The notes beneath the pieces were generated by a model, which saw only the letters and a list, made by a program, of their open reading frames with translations, was not told the origin of the DNA and searched no databases. A stretch of DNA of 59,720 bases, filler included, from Porpidia crustulata (taxonomy: Eukaryota): NCBI GenBank assembly GCA_964255105.1. It is 8 parts of 8 records of this genome, joined end to end, with 100 filler letters (N's around TTAATTAATTAA, not from the genome) between each part and the next. Parts side by side here need not be neighbours in the genome. Positions count along the whole stretch, not along the records: positions 22,459 to 29,836 come from CAXUWE010001339.1; positions 29,937 to 37,310 come from CAXUWE010001340.1; positions 37,411 to 44,783 come from CAXUWE010001341.1; 5 more parts are not named here. The stretch is one strand, 5' to 3'. How positions within the stretch are numbered: position 1 is the first letter of the stretch; each line of letters opens with the position of its first letter. The translations under genes and the position numbers were made by a program. This document shows, piece by piece, positions 25,249 through 37,795 of the stretch.

Positions 25249-26770
25249 ATGCAGGTCCTCGATCTTCCAATCATACCGTTCGAGTGCGTAGTCGAGCATA
25301 CGGTGGTAGCGGTCGGCTTATATAAAGCTGTCAGACTTCGACTGATATGCAGTAAGTTCCTTCACTTTTGAGATGCCAAATTAGCATTCCTCGCACGCCG
25401 TGCTAGAAGCGTTCGATGCTGAGGTTGTACGCGCCGTATTCCCAACAAATATCTTCGATTTCAGCAATTATTCTCGCGCGCGTCGGATGCCGCCAAAATG
25501 CATGAGAATGCTTTTTGTAGCGAAAGTTGTCAATCCAAGTATGAGCAACAAAGGCAACTTTCTGCGCTGTGTGATCAGCCGGGTCACAGATCGTTTACTA
25601 GAAGGAGCGCCGACGGGAGGGCTAGAAGAGCAACGTTTGCAATATGTCCACAATCTATGCGATGCCGTGGCACACAACTACTATCATAGTAGTATTCGGG
25701 AAGCTCTCAAGATGTTCCCCCTAATAGATGAGGGCTGCTACGAGCCAGCGGAAGATCTAGTGTCTGCTACTGCTGCTGTCGGAGATACCGCGAAAATGCG
25801 AGATTTCATCTCAGAGAGGTCTCTTCCATGTACGGGAAGCAAATCTTTCGGGAATGCCTCAGCAAATGCTGCAAGGATCGGAAACCAAGAAATTTTGAAC
25901 ATGGTTTTTACATGTGATGCTGACTTTTCTGAATATAGGTCTGTCCGTCCGTCGCTCTCGGCAGCTTGCGGTACAGGGCAACGACACATCATTGAGTACG
26001 TTCTAGCTTTGCCTTGTGATGACAAAACTCAGGAAGATCGAAATAAGCATGCCTTCGAGGCTGCTGCAAGCAGTGGCCAGCGCGATATTTTAAAAACACT
26101 GTTGGACAAGATTCCTGGAGGGGCAAGAGAGCAAACCATGCTCCTTCCACTGCTCGAAGCTTCCGCCAATGGGCATGTGCAGGTTGTTGAATTTCTGCTA
26201 GACTCAGGGGCCGATATGAACGCATGGACTTACGAATGCAGCCCACTGCATTACGCCTTTCTTTACGGCCACACTCGTGTCGCTCGCTTACTTTTAGACC
26301 GCGGTGCCAAGTACTACCAGTCCGCAGAGGATGATCCACTCTATTGCGCTGCCAGGAAAGGGCATACACAGATTGCGCAAATCCTGCTTGACAGTGGCTT
26401 CAGTAGGCATATCAACGATCATCATCCGAACCCTCTTTATATTGCAAGTAGGAATGGCGAAGTAGCGATGACCCGGTTTCTTCTGAAAAACGGTGTTGAT
26501 ATCAAGGCTCATGGACATGGGAATTTTGCTATTAAGGAGGCTGCTGAAAGCGGCCAGGAAGAGGTTGTCAAGCTGCTCTTAACACTTGACGTTGATATTG
26601 ATGATGAGAATAAGAGCCGCGACAGTCCTGTCCTTCGAGCCAAGATCTATAATCAACACAGTATGGTTAAGATGCTTCTGAAACTTGAAGCTAAGAATGT
26701 CGATCCGCTTAAGACCAAGTACGTCGAATACTTTCGGGGTGGCACGCTTCCAATAAGCAATAAGATATAG
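25249..26770 (+). CDS. Ankyrin-repeat protein with an N-terminal F-box-like motif
   Basis: Exon 1 MQVLDLPIIPFECVVEHTVVAVGLYKAVRLRLIC, intron about 25352-25406; repeated ANK motifs (PLLEASANGHVQVVEFLLDSGADMN, SPLHYAFLYGHTRVARLLLDRGA, NPLYIASRNGEVAMTRFLLKNGVDI). Confidence 0.85.
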
Positions 26771-27392
26771 TTCTAGATCACAACACTTGCTTATGAGAAT
26801 ATCACCTGCCAGTCTCGAGTGCAAAAACAGATGTTGCTTCAACCTCAATCTTGCATTTTCTTCTCGGCAACAGGTGAGGAATGGCACCGCAAGATTAAGG
26901 CTACGAACATGACAACCTACCTCGTCTTGTCACCAACTGACACAAGTTAAGCGCGACGGGAACTGAGATATCGTGGCACTGGATATTTCCAGCGGGATAT
27001 CAGAGATGTTAGAATCAACAGCAAATATCTGTATATCTAAGTATCGAAGATTTCCAGGCCATCATTGTCATACTGAAATGCTCATGCGTTGTTGTTCGAG
27101 ACCGACAATGAGATGTATCTTTCGCTCGGAACACAATCGATGGTGCGCACCTGGAAAAGAAACATCTGAAGCAATACTCGTCTCCAACACCGTGCTATCT
27201 ATTGTACAGAAGATGTGAAGAAATCTTCGACGTGAATAAGTTTACATTTCCTCTCCAACAAGCGAGCTAAGTTAATCAACTTCAGATTATCTAGAGTAAA
27301 AGAGATCCCAAACATAAAAAAAGCACCACGCCTAAACCTGCCCCATTCCTACCAACATTCCCAGTCGAAGGCTCCGCTCTTCACGGCAGGAA

Positions 27393-28936
27393 TTACTGGA
27401 CGTTGCCAAACTTGAGAGTGATCATAACCTCCTGATCCCCCGAATGTGTCTTCGGGTCCAAGTCCTAGGATAGCACCAAATCTCCGAGATCTCCTTCTTA
27501 CCAAGCGCGACTGCATGATCCTTCAGCATATAATTGAGACTGCTAATGAAATCTGTCCCCAACATCCGTTCCCAAGCGGTCTTCTTGGTAGCCGTCTCCT
27601 CGGGCGTCTTACTGGTGTCGCCTCTCTTGAAGACCGCCTTCTGGTTCAGCGGCTGCTTCGTCTCACTCTGGCCCTTCTGCATCGTCTCCAGTGTACTTCT
27701 ACTGACGACCTTGTGACCCACGAAACCTTTGAGGCTCTTGACATCGCTGCCCGCGTCTGTGACGGCCTTTTCCCACTGCAGAAAGACCATGTCGGAGGGT
27801 TTCATTCGATTTTCTGGAGTATTTTTGTCGTGTTCTGTGAAGCGGGCTTCGCCGACTATGACGCCGTCTTTACCGAAGTATTTGCCGATTGCGGATGGAA
27901 GAGAGCTGGAGGGGTTCTTGGAGTAGAGACTGTATTCTACATACTTGACGTCTTTTACTGAAACACCTAAGTCGTTAAATGGGCGCTCGATTTGTGCTTG
28001 GAATTTGGAGGTAAATCTATAAATAAATCGAATTATTAGTGAGGGCTTCATGGAAAAGAACTTAAGAGGAAGATGGCAAGTGAGGCCCAATATATGACAA
28101 GAAGGGAGGTGAGAAACTTCGAGAAGCCGGTGAGGCGGCAAATAGGAGATAGTCGGGAGAATGCTGCAAGGGCACATACCGGTCTTGGCTAATCGAGTCC
28201 ATCGTGTAGTGATCTTCAAGCTTATTAGGAAGCTTTGCGTCCTCTTTATTGTTAAAAGCTTCATGAACCTCTTTGTCAATCTTTGCACCCTTATCCTGTA
28301 TCACTTTGAAATCCTTTGAGTTTCCAATGGTTGGTACCCCTGAGTCACCAGGCTTGCTTGCGCCTACATATGACTCTGGGATATCATCTACAGGCTTGTC
28401 TTCCGGCTTGGTATCTGGCTTTGCGGCTGATGCGCCGTCATCGGCTGCGATGTGTACGGGGCCATCGCCCGCTCCGCCTCCGCTCGACTCGCCTGCAGAT
28501 CCAGTCCCGAGGTGTGCTGGTGCTGAATTTGGGTCGCCTGACTCGCTGCCAGATGATGATTCTCCGGGATTCGTTCCCTTGGACTTTGATTCATCTGGGT
28601 TTGATTTTCCAACTCTGAATGCTGTGAATGCTGGAGTTTTTTCGATCAGAAGGCTTCGCTTTTCCAGGGCATCGAAGTCTTCGGGCGGGGCTTGGAGGTT
28701 CCTTGGTAGGGGAGCAAAGCTCTCTGCGACATGCAATAGGAGTTAGTGAAATGGGTATGCTTGACAGCCTGGGTGGCATGGGACAGCAAAGGCAGAGATT
28801 CACCTAGACAATTACCGGCGGTGCAAGCGTGGTGTCTTACTCCGAGAAAGCTCGCAGGGACTGCTCTTGCGTTCACTTGAAGGGAAAGCCCATGGAGCGC
28901 TGCCGCGATAACGGCAAGTTGCGAGAGTAAATGCAT
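27393..28936 (-). CDS. Secreted effector-like protein with signal peptide, Kex2 site and Gly/Ser/Pro linker
   Basis: MHLLSQLAVIAAALHGLSLQVNA; LEKR; two GT-AG introns; C-terminal domain with WERMLGTDFISSLNYMLKDHAVALGKKEISEIW; as written it stops at 27422, and a probable 1-nt frameshift near 27458 would extend it to 27393. Confidence 0.7.
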
Positions 28937-29836
28937 CACGAGAAGATGATGATGGAGTGATCAAGTAGCAGAAGAAAAGTCAGCCAGGACGACACTAAAA
29001 ATGTGCAAATAACGACCGAGTTAGTTTGTTCAACTCCAAGAAAGCCGGATCCATATCCTGATGTCTTGCATTTATACAACTCCCGATCCACTTCAACGAG
29101 CAAAGCAGGACACGTAACGCTTCTCGAGGTCAGATAAAGCAGCAGCATTTTCTCCATTCCCAAAAGCCAAGCATCAGAAATGAACGACGTTAGAGATCGA
29201 TACACAACATTCTTCTACCCCGAGTCTACATATAGAAACACTCCGACCAGAGCCCGCAATGACAAGCATAGAGGCGGCCAGGCATTGGAAACACGAACAT
29301 GGTTTCCAACATTCAAGATAGGATGAAGACCCTCAATGCATCAAACCATTGCCCGAAATCACAATGAAGCATCCGGCCCCAAAACACCCATCATCTATCT
29401 CCCTTCGACGCAAGTTTCAGAACACGAGAAGAAAACAGCAGAAATAAGCTACGTAGACGCCAAATTACGGCGTCGAGAACCTCCAAAACCCCAAAACTCC
29501 TGAAATAAATAAACAGATAGCCAGAAGGGTTCTTGCTTAAAGGAACGCAGCATTTGTAGAACGAAAGAGTATACTATATGCAACGCCGCGGTTTTTTGAA
29601 TGCAAGATTCGTATAACTTAGCTAGCAACACACAGCATACAGCCTCGTACCTTACTCTATGTTATTATAAGAATGGGGGCGAGGACGCCTGTAAGATTTG
29701 CTTTGTGAGAGCTGATGTCACGTTCAACAATAAAGAACTCGCATCACCAAAGCTGACAAGAAGATTTTCAAAACGAAAGGTTTTCGACCAAGGCTAAATG
29801 GAACTTGTTTGATGATACAGAAAAGCCTCATAGCCT

Positions 29837-29936
29837 NNNNNNNNNNNNNNNNNNNNNNNNNNNNNNNNNNNNNNNNNNNNTTAATTAATTAANNNNNNNN
29901 NNNNNNNNNNNNNNNNNNNNNNNNNNNNNNNNNNNN
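29837..29936. other. Artificial contig linker
   Basis: 44N-TTAATTAATTAA-44N. Confidence 0.99.
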
Positions 29937-29996
29937 CCCCCCCCCCCCCCACCCCCCCCCCCCCCGCACTAAAAAAAAAAAAAAAAAAAAAAAAAA
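29937..29996. repeat. Poly-C and poly-A homopolymer tracts at contig edge
   Basis: C14-A-C14 followed by A26. Confidence 0.95.
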
Positions 29997-30175
29997 CAAA
30001 CTTCACGATTGGATCGGTGAGAGGATGTGGTTTTTTGTTGGCGAGATGTGTTTCTCTCTGTCCGGTTTCATGCGGTGACGTTGGACCAATGACTTGCTTC
30101 TTGAATGTGTAAATGATATACGTTAGTCCAAATATCTCTTGGGGAAACGCTGTATATAGCTTCATCATCATGAAA

Positions 30176-31773
30176 TTATACCACGCTCCTCGTTCTAGCT
30201 CTGTGCGCCTCCGTCGCCTGCTCGATCTTGTCCTTGCGCCACGAGCATTGATCCGTAAATTCACAGTATCCGCACTTGTACGCTTCCTCGATGCACACGC
30301 CCCGGGCCTCGCGCTCACCATTCCACCACCGCATTTCGTCGGTCAGGTATGTTTGCAGCACGTCCTCGGCGTAGAGAAAGGTCTTGATGCCCATGATGGC
30401 GCCGTCGCCCTGGGCTCTGTATTCGGCTTTGAGGACGTTGCCGATGCTGTGGGCGCCGTCGGGCATGGTGAGGCGGAATTCTTGGATCATTAGAGCCCAA
30501 AGTTGCTGGAGCGAGTTGTGCTCCAGCAGGATCTGCACGGTGTCTTCTTCGGGGGGCGGAGTGGCTTGGGTCTGGTCTGGGTCTGCGGGAGCGTCGAAGA
30601 AAGATTGGTTGAGATTGCCGATCTGCGCGATGAAATTGTCGCTGAATGGTGCTGTTGGTTTCAAGTCGTAGCGTTCGAAGATGGCCGTTGGGTCGACCTT
30701 GCTGGTTGCGGTATCCGAAAGTAGGCGATGGTACAGCATCAGTTGCATTAGTGTTGGCCGGAAAGAGGGCCCTTTGGGTATTGACTTGATGCCACGGGTT
30801 TTGACGTCTGTCAGATAGATCTTGGACGTCTTCTTGACAATGTCTCGTAAAGCCTTGACCTCACCGAGACTGCTATCATCACGACCACCCGAACCCAAAA
30901 AATCTTTGATCGAAGTCTGGTTGGCCGGGAGCGTGTCTTTGTTCGGCTTGGTAGCAGCTTCCTCAAGTTCACGATCAGGGCAAATATACGACAACTCGTC
31001 AATAACTCCGTTCACCACTAATCCATCAATCACCCCCCAAACCTCCAACTCTCTGGTCATTCCAGTATCCCTTAGCGTTCTCAACCCCTGGATAGCATTC
31101 CATATCCTCAAGCCCCAGGCATCTTCTTTTGTAGTAATGTTCACTTCCACAGTCTTGTGTATCTGATCCTCCAATATCTTGTGTACCTTTGAGCCCTGCC
31201 TCATTGCTGGAGTTGGTCTTTTCTTCCCGTGCTTTGTGAGGGTGTACCAATATTGAAGTTCGCACCATGATGGTGATATCAGATCCGTGACAGAAAGTGC
31301 TTTCTTAGGGTTGGTGCGAAAGCGTTGTAATGGTGACCGGAGATCTTCCACCTCAGGATTGGAATTAAGGGGGGCTTCGATAGACGGGGTTCGCTTTCTA
31401 CTTCCCCGGCTCCGAGGCGTTTCCACTATTCGCTTGGTTGTCATTTAGTATTGTCTTGATAAGTATCGACTAACTCACCAATCGTGGAGCCGTCGTAGTC
31501 CAACTCCTGCGATACTGACAGGCTTTCCTCTCTTGTCTGTACGTGCATCGGAGGAGCCCGTGGCCGGTACAAAACGGCACGCCCAGTGCTTTCGTTATAA
31601 GCGCCTTCATCATATTCAAAGTCTTTCGGCAACAGATTCGACTCTGTCACTCGCTTTCCAGGAACTTGCTGTAAAAGAATGTTGAGGACCTCCTCCTCAT
31701 CGGGGGTGAAGTCGGATCCGTAATCACTGAATCCATCTTGTTGCTCCAGAATAGCACCGTCCATGACATTCAT
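30176..31773 (-). CDS. EXO5: Exonuclease V (Exo5/Dem1), Fe-S cluster 5' exonuclease
   Basis: SDYGSDF N-terminus; LSVTDLISPSWCELQYWYTL; TRELEVWG...GVIDEL; TDVKTR; KCGYCEFTDQCSW; intron about 31427-31479. Confidence 0.92.
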
Positions 31774-31977
31774 TTAGTGTTCTCATTAACGTCTCTTCGA
31801 TCAAGTCTGGGCGAGTTCGATATTGCCAAGAAATAAATCTATGACCCTACCTTACGCGCGCGACATTGAAGGCATGGCGTGTCATGTCAGCCACGCCATC
31901 CGCTTCCGGCATGGTATTGAATTTTTCTACAGAGTAAGAACTCCGTCACGGTTTAGCACTATGCATATGCCTCATAC

Positions 31978-32857
31978 ATGACTATGGGAGTGCTGGTTGG
32001 ATGTAATGTCCGGATGTTTGTACGGAGATCAATTCAATACCAGGGTAGAGCACCATCACCTGCCCTAAAACGCGAAAAGTCAAACTCAGCCAAATAGTCT
32101 CCTCAGGCAACGAGAAACGATCGGATGCCAATAGGAAAGACGAGAACTGATACACTTCCGCTTTGGCAGCGTCTTGACCCACTCTCGACAGGCTTCAACG
32201 CTTATATTCGAGCACAGAGGAAAAGGCCGTACGTGACTCAGGTTTTCAGCTCCATTGTAATATATCTATGTGGAGATTTGTCTGCGCAAAATCTAGGAGG
32301 AGAGTCTTATGATCCTTGGAGGACTTTGAGAAATATGATTATAGGGTCTATATCTTCCATTCCCTCTTACAGATGGTATGATCCCAAAAAACCGAAAGCT
32401 CATGTATTAGATCTGACGGTGAATCAGGTTTATGTACCTAGGACAGTGCTTCAACTATCCTTCGAAAGCTCTATCCTTAGGTTCAAAGGCTGCTATAAAT
32501 CAGATCGTATTTACACCCATGTTCAGTAGCTACTTCTTAGGATGTCATCTCTACTCACTAGTGATGACATTAGCCAAGTCTGGAGGCGTGTGAAGGAGAC
32601 TGTACCCACTAGCGTTTACAATTCTATCAAGCTATGGCCAGCTGTGATCGCCTTTTATTTCACCTAAGTTCAACCTCAGTATCGTGCCCTGTTTGCGGGT
32701 CAGTGATAGCAATCATAAATTCTTTCACCATGCTAATATTCTTGAAGGTTTCATTGCGATAGGCTGGCAATCATACCTATCCTGGCTAAACCAACGAGCA
32801 GCGAATGCAGAAAGAGACCGTCAAGTTTTGGCCATTTCTACGGACGGGATCGAGTGA
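31978..32857 (+). pseudogene. Mpv17/PMP22-family membrane protein pseudogene
   Basis: QRKRPYVTQVFSSIVIYLCGDLSAQ...YDPWRTLR...NQIVFTP...KLWPAV...IGWQSYLSWLN; lesions: TAG 32095-32097, 1-nt frameshift about 32540, TAA 32665-32667; introns about 32376-32427 and 32699-32747. Confidence 0.85.
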
Positions 32858-33739
32858 AAAAGGTGATATGTTTCAGCCAACTTGCTATGGGATTGCCAAG
32901 CATAGCGCGACGTACCTAAAGCGCAATCACAAAAAGTATCCTTCGAGTGTAAAGCGATAATGATTCGCCTATCGCCTCGCTCAGACAAGAACGACTTTAC
33001 ATGAAACGAAGAGCAAGGAATTAATTACATCGGTGGCAATCCAGAATATCTTAGAAGACATGTCAATAAGGCTGCCTGCTAATCCACCAGGTAAGCTCGT
33101 GGACATGACGCAATGTCTTAGGAGTCTCTTCGGTACCTAGACCATTCTGTGATTTGATTTACGATCGATTGATTGCGTTGTCAATCTGGATCAGCTGGCT
33201 CCAATGCTTTCGGCGGCATAGACGCAGAAGAGTGAAGCACTTTTGTCGGCTGTTTGGACTGTATTAGCTTGCCTCTTCGATATGACACTCAAAATTTCTC
33301 CAAAACAGTTAAGTCGAGGAACCAGCAAGTCAAGCGAGGAGTGAAACTGCGAAAGAAAGCGAGGTAGAGAGCTGGGGCCAGATCAGACTACCTAGCCAAG
33401 AACTAAAAACCTCTTGCATCAAGTCTCAAGAAATGAAATGGCCATCTGCTCGTGATTCATGGCCCAACGCATAGTACTAGGTGAGTCTTCGTCACGAACA
33501 AAGCAGTTCCGCGACTCCCGTTGACTACGTTATAACCTCCAGTCATGTCAGCCCCACGGAGTTATCGATTTTGGTGGTGGATTTAACCGGCGTTAGTCGC
33601 AACCTGCTAAGATCATAAGGTAAATAACTTTTTCCTTTGCTTAATATTAAGACCTTAAAAAATCATAATTGGGTATGTAAATCGATAATATAAACTCTAG
33701 ATTTTATTTGGTGCGACCAACCCTTCACAAACTGCCCAG

Positions 33740-35463
33740 ATGGAGCATGCCACTGCAACAGAAAAGCAGGTGCAATTTTCAGATGTCCCAGAAGAAAACT
33801 CACACCAAACTGAGGGCACCGACGAACCAACCGCACCAGAAGCTCCCGAAGCAGGCATCGTTGAATCGCCTGAGGCAAAGCAAGCGTCCAGAATTGATGG
33901 TGCGGTATGGAATGGTAGCGCCGAGCTGGAGCCTCCATTCTCCGTCTTTAGCCGTGGCGAAAAGACTTTTCTTGTTGTGATGGCATCGCTGGCTGCATTA
34001 TTTTCTCCCCTCTCTGCCAATATCTACTATCCAGCCTTGAATGTCTTGGCCACAGACCTCAATGTATCAAACTCACTAATCAATTTGACGATCACGTCGT
34101 ATCTGGTACGACAGAAGGTTGCGCTGATTCATAAACAGCACTAATATTTGAATAGATCTTCCAAGGGCTTGCACCCACTTTCATTGGAAGCCTTTCGGAT
34201 GAGACGGGTCGGAGACCATCATACCTGATATGTTTTGTCATTTACATTGGCGCTTGTATCGGCTTGGCCTTGCAAAACGACTACGCTGCGTTGTTTGTCC
34301 TGCGCTGTTTGCAGAGCTCAGGAAGTAGCGGTACCGTGGCTCTGGCCAGCGCCGTTGTGGCAGACATTGTAACGTCGGCAGAGCGAGGTACTTACATTGG
34401 ATACACCACCGTAGGAGCGTTGGCTGGTCCTGCCTTTGGACCTCTTATCGGTGGGGTTTTGACTCAATTCCTTGGTTGGAGGGCAATTTTCTGGTTTCTT
34501 GTAATATTTGCAGGAGTCACCGTCATAGTTTTTGCTCTTTTCTTTCCCGAGACGTGTCGCAAAGTCGTTGGGAACGGGTCGTCGCCCGCACAAAATTGGA
34601 ACATATCGCTATTGAGTTACTACCGCCTCAGGAATCGACGCAAGGCCGGCTTGGAAGGCGAACAGGTAACAAGACTCAGTTTCAAGAGCCGTCCAAATCC
34701 TCTCAACTCAATTTATATCATATTCGATAAAGAATCAGGTATTGTGCTTCTCTATGCTGGCACACTCTTTTCTGGGTTCTACATGGTCCTTACTGGCCTC
34801 CCTTCGCAGCTTGCGGACAAGTACCATTTCAATACATTGCAAATTGGTCTTTGTTACATTCCAACTGGTCTAGGGAGCATGGCAGCCGCTTTGATAATAG
34901 GAAAATTTTTGGATTGGAATTTTCGTCGACATGCTCAGAAAATTGGCTTCGAGATTTCGAGCCAGCGTCAACAAGACCTTACAAACTTTCCAATCGAGGT
35001 CGCTCGTCTGCAGGTGGTTTTACCTCTAGTTGCTTTCTCTGGGATCTCCATTATTGGTTATGGATGGGTGATGGAGGCCAAAACGTACCTAGCAGGACCT
35101 GTTATATTTTTATTCTTCGCCACTTTCTCTATCTCGGGAGCTTTCCAAGGCTTAAGCACCTTGATCATAGACCTAAATCGTGCCAGACCCGGCGCCGCGA
35201 CACCGGCGATGAATCTAGCAAGGTGCTGGATGGGAGCAGGGGCCGTGGCAGCTGTTGTTCCGCTACAGAACCGTGTCGGCATAGGGTGGACCTCCGTAGT
35301 GGTGGCAGGCTGCTTTGCCCTGCTAAGTCCTACAGTCTTAGTTGTCATGAAGTACGGGCCTCGATGGCAGAAAGAGAAGGCGTCAAAGGAGGAGGCAAAG
35401 AAGCTGCAGAAACAGGGAGACATCAGCCAAAGAGCCATCGGCCTCGAGCAAGGGAGGTCATAG
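33740..35463 (+). CDS. MFS drug:H+ antiporter (DHA1, Qdr/Aqr1-like)
   Basis: FSPLSANIYYPAL, SLSDETGRRP (motif A), LRCLQSSGSSGTVAL, GPLIGGVLTQFLGWRAIFWFL, FPIEVARL; intron about 34106-34156. Confidence 0.93.
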
Positions 35464-35919
35464 TGAAGGGCTAGCGCATTGTCGCTGGAAAGTTATGGAA
35501 AATTTTGACTAAAGAACTACTCAAGTGCTTCGACAGGGACACTTATGAAGTACATTTCCATCTATACGAAACGCGTAGCAAACGCGTTGATCATCCATCC
35601 TTAGCGTGGTTCGTAGGGTTTGATGGAACTGGTTCCTCTTGTTTCTCAGCGTGAACATCTACTATGCCGTATTTATTCCTCACGTGACAGATAGAAGTCA
35701 AAGGAATGACCATTACCGCCTTAGACGTTGGTAAATCAGACTATGATGTTAATAGATCCCCGGCTCGACAGCTCAACAGCCCGACCAAACGGTGTTCAAG
35801 CAGCCACAGATTAGCTACTGTATTGGTCGTTGCCCTAAGCTACTAATCACATAACTCAAGCGTCAACAACTCAAGCACCCAAGCGCTGCACACGATAAAC
35901 CGCGTGATCAACTCAGTCA

Positions 35920-36527
35920 TCTACAGCACCGCTCCTCCTCTCAAAATTGTCTATTCAGAATCCCCAATCTGCCACCTTGTCGACAATCTCCATTGCCAAC
36001 TCCGCCTTCGTGGCAACCGAAGTCAGTGTATCAATATTCAGCGCTTGCTTCGACATAACCAGTTGATAGAAATATCAAGGCGATCCATGTGACAATTATC
36101 GGTCCAGGCCTATCGTAGCACGTCCCTCGAATGTTCTTTCGAAGCTTGAACCCATCCTTGAGTACCTTGTCATTGCCCGCCACATCCACGAGTCGAATAT
36201 CGCTGTCAGTGATGGAGGTGGCGGACGCAGGAATACCGTACTACAACCCATGGGTGGCCTTAGAAGCCAAGGGTGCGTCGGTGTCTTCGACTACGAGAAG
36301 ATACTTATTCACGCCTTTGAGCTCCGGGAAGAGGTTTCTACTAAGCTGCGGGTATTCGAAATTCGTTACGGCGTTTGAGGGCCGCAGTCTAAGAAGTTCA
36401 TTTTGATGGTTGGGTCGGGGAAGGATATGAGGGCCAGGCGTTTGGTGAAGAGCTTGTCATCGTGTCCTCTCAAGTTGGAAAGGAGGCGCCCAAGGTCGCT
36501 TTCGATGTATTTAAGGATTGAGGCCAT
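35920..36527 (-). pseudogene. PEBP (YbhB/YbcL-like phosphatidylethanolamine-binding protein) pseudogene
   Basis: Manual translation: MASILKYIESDLGRLLSNLRGHDDKLFTK...DCGP * ...KYLLVVEDTDAPL..THGL*YGIPA...GFKL..NIRG...YFYQLV...ATKAELAMEIVDKVADWGF*; several stops and frameshifts. Confidence 0.8.
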
Positions 36528-37151
36528 TGATTAATTGGCGTAAATATAAGGTGTGTAAAGCTTGGGTTTCTACCGCATCAAGATGATTACATGATGAGGG
36601 AATTGGGGTGGATTTTTGAGCCTCTTAATATTAACAGGTGATAGCACACAAGCACTGAAAGCACGGATCGGATATGAGCACTCCTTCAATTTCGAAAACA
36701 GTACACAGCTCCTCTATCATTCACCTGCTTAAATTGGGAACCATCTACACGCAATCTTAACTCCGCTGGAAATAAGCTTCTCATGCATAAAGCCCATTGC
36801 ATGCGTGGCCACGGACAGACTCCAGACCAAGGCATCAGAGCTTGGTTCCACGTATATGTTTTCTGTCGTGATCAGAATCAGGGATTTGAGTATCGCCAAA
36901 AGAATTCCTAGTGGTTGCCCTCACCTACTTCTACTCGTTGTGTCGGGGGTCAAAGTGACCTCGAACACGGTCCGCCTCGGCTAATCATTCGAGATGAAGA
37001 TGCGCGTCTCACTCTCGCAAGTCGCATCTACCCACCGCTTTGCACGGTCACACACGGTGGCCATACAAAACAAGATTCAGCTCTTCTATTCTCTACTCTC
37101 TGTTCCAGCTACGACGGTGCGATTTCTCTGCTCGACGTCCTGGAGTCCAAC

Positions 37152-37310
37152 ATGTTTCCCATGCTCCCCCTATTCCTTTTGTCGCTTACCTTCGCTCCAA
37201 CAATCTCCGCTCTTGTACCTTCCTCAACCACAGTGAACAATCACCCCGGCCCCCTTACCAACAACCTCCTCACGCCCGCGTCCCTCACCGCCAACTCTTC
37301 AATCCCACCA
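37152..37310 (+). CDS. 5' end of a putative secreted protein (truncated by contig end)
   Basis: Signal-peptide-like MFPMLPLFLLSLTFAPTISA followed by a Ser/Thr/Pro-rich segment with C-ending codons. Confidence 0.5.
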
Positions 37311-37410
37311 NNNNNNNNNNNNNNNNNNNNNNNNNNNNNNNNNNNNNNNNNNNNTTAATTAATTAANNNNNNNNNNNNNNNNNNNNNNNNNNNNNNNNNN
37401 NNNNNNNNNN
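37311..37410. other. Artificial contig linker
   Basis: 44N-TTAATTAATTAA-44N. Confidence 0.99.
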
Positions 37411-37549
37411 TAGGGATGGTGCGTAAAAGGGGTTGGTATAACAGGTAGTACGAGAGGGGGAGATCGGTGGTGAGGTGTTGGTGGGGTCCTAGTTTGGAGG
37501 AGGAGAGGGAGGAGTGTTGGTGTGAGAGGAGCTTGGGGTTTGGGTGGTT

Positions 37550-37564
37550 TAACCCTAACCCTAA
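37550..37564. repeat. Interstitial telomeric motif (2.5 x CCCTAA), possible Tbf1-type telobox
   Basis: TAACCCTAACCCTAA. Confidence 0.6.
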
Positions 37565-37795
37565 GGGTGAAACGAAGTTTCGAGGAGCTCTCAATCTTCT
37601 CCAGGCCAAACATCTCGGCAACATAACGGCCACTCTTAAATAATCTATATATGTGATAGCATACTGGCAAACTACCACTCCCCGACAGCAGAGATACAGA
37701 CAATGGAAGCGCGATGATTACATCGGATGAGGCAATAGAACCTCTCACCAACATGAGCCTAAAACCATAATATCCACACTGTACCCAATGCGCAT

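Noticed and set aside
29285..29309. 8-bp inverted repeat TTGGAAAC...GTTTCCAA
   Set aside because: Short and isolated; within chance expectation for 60 kb.
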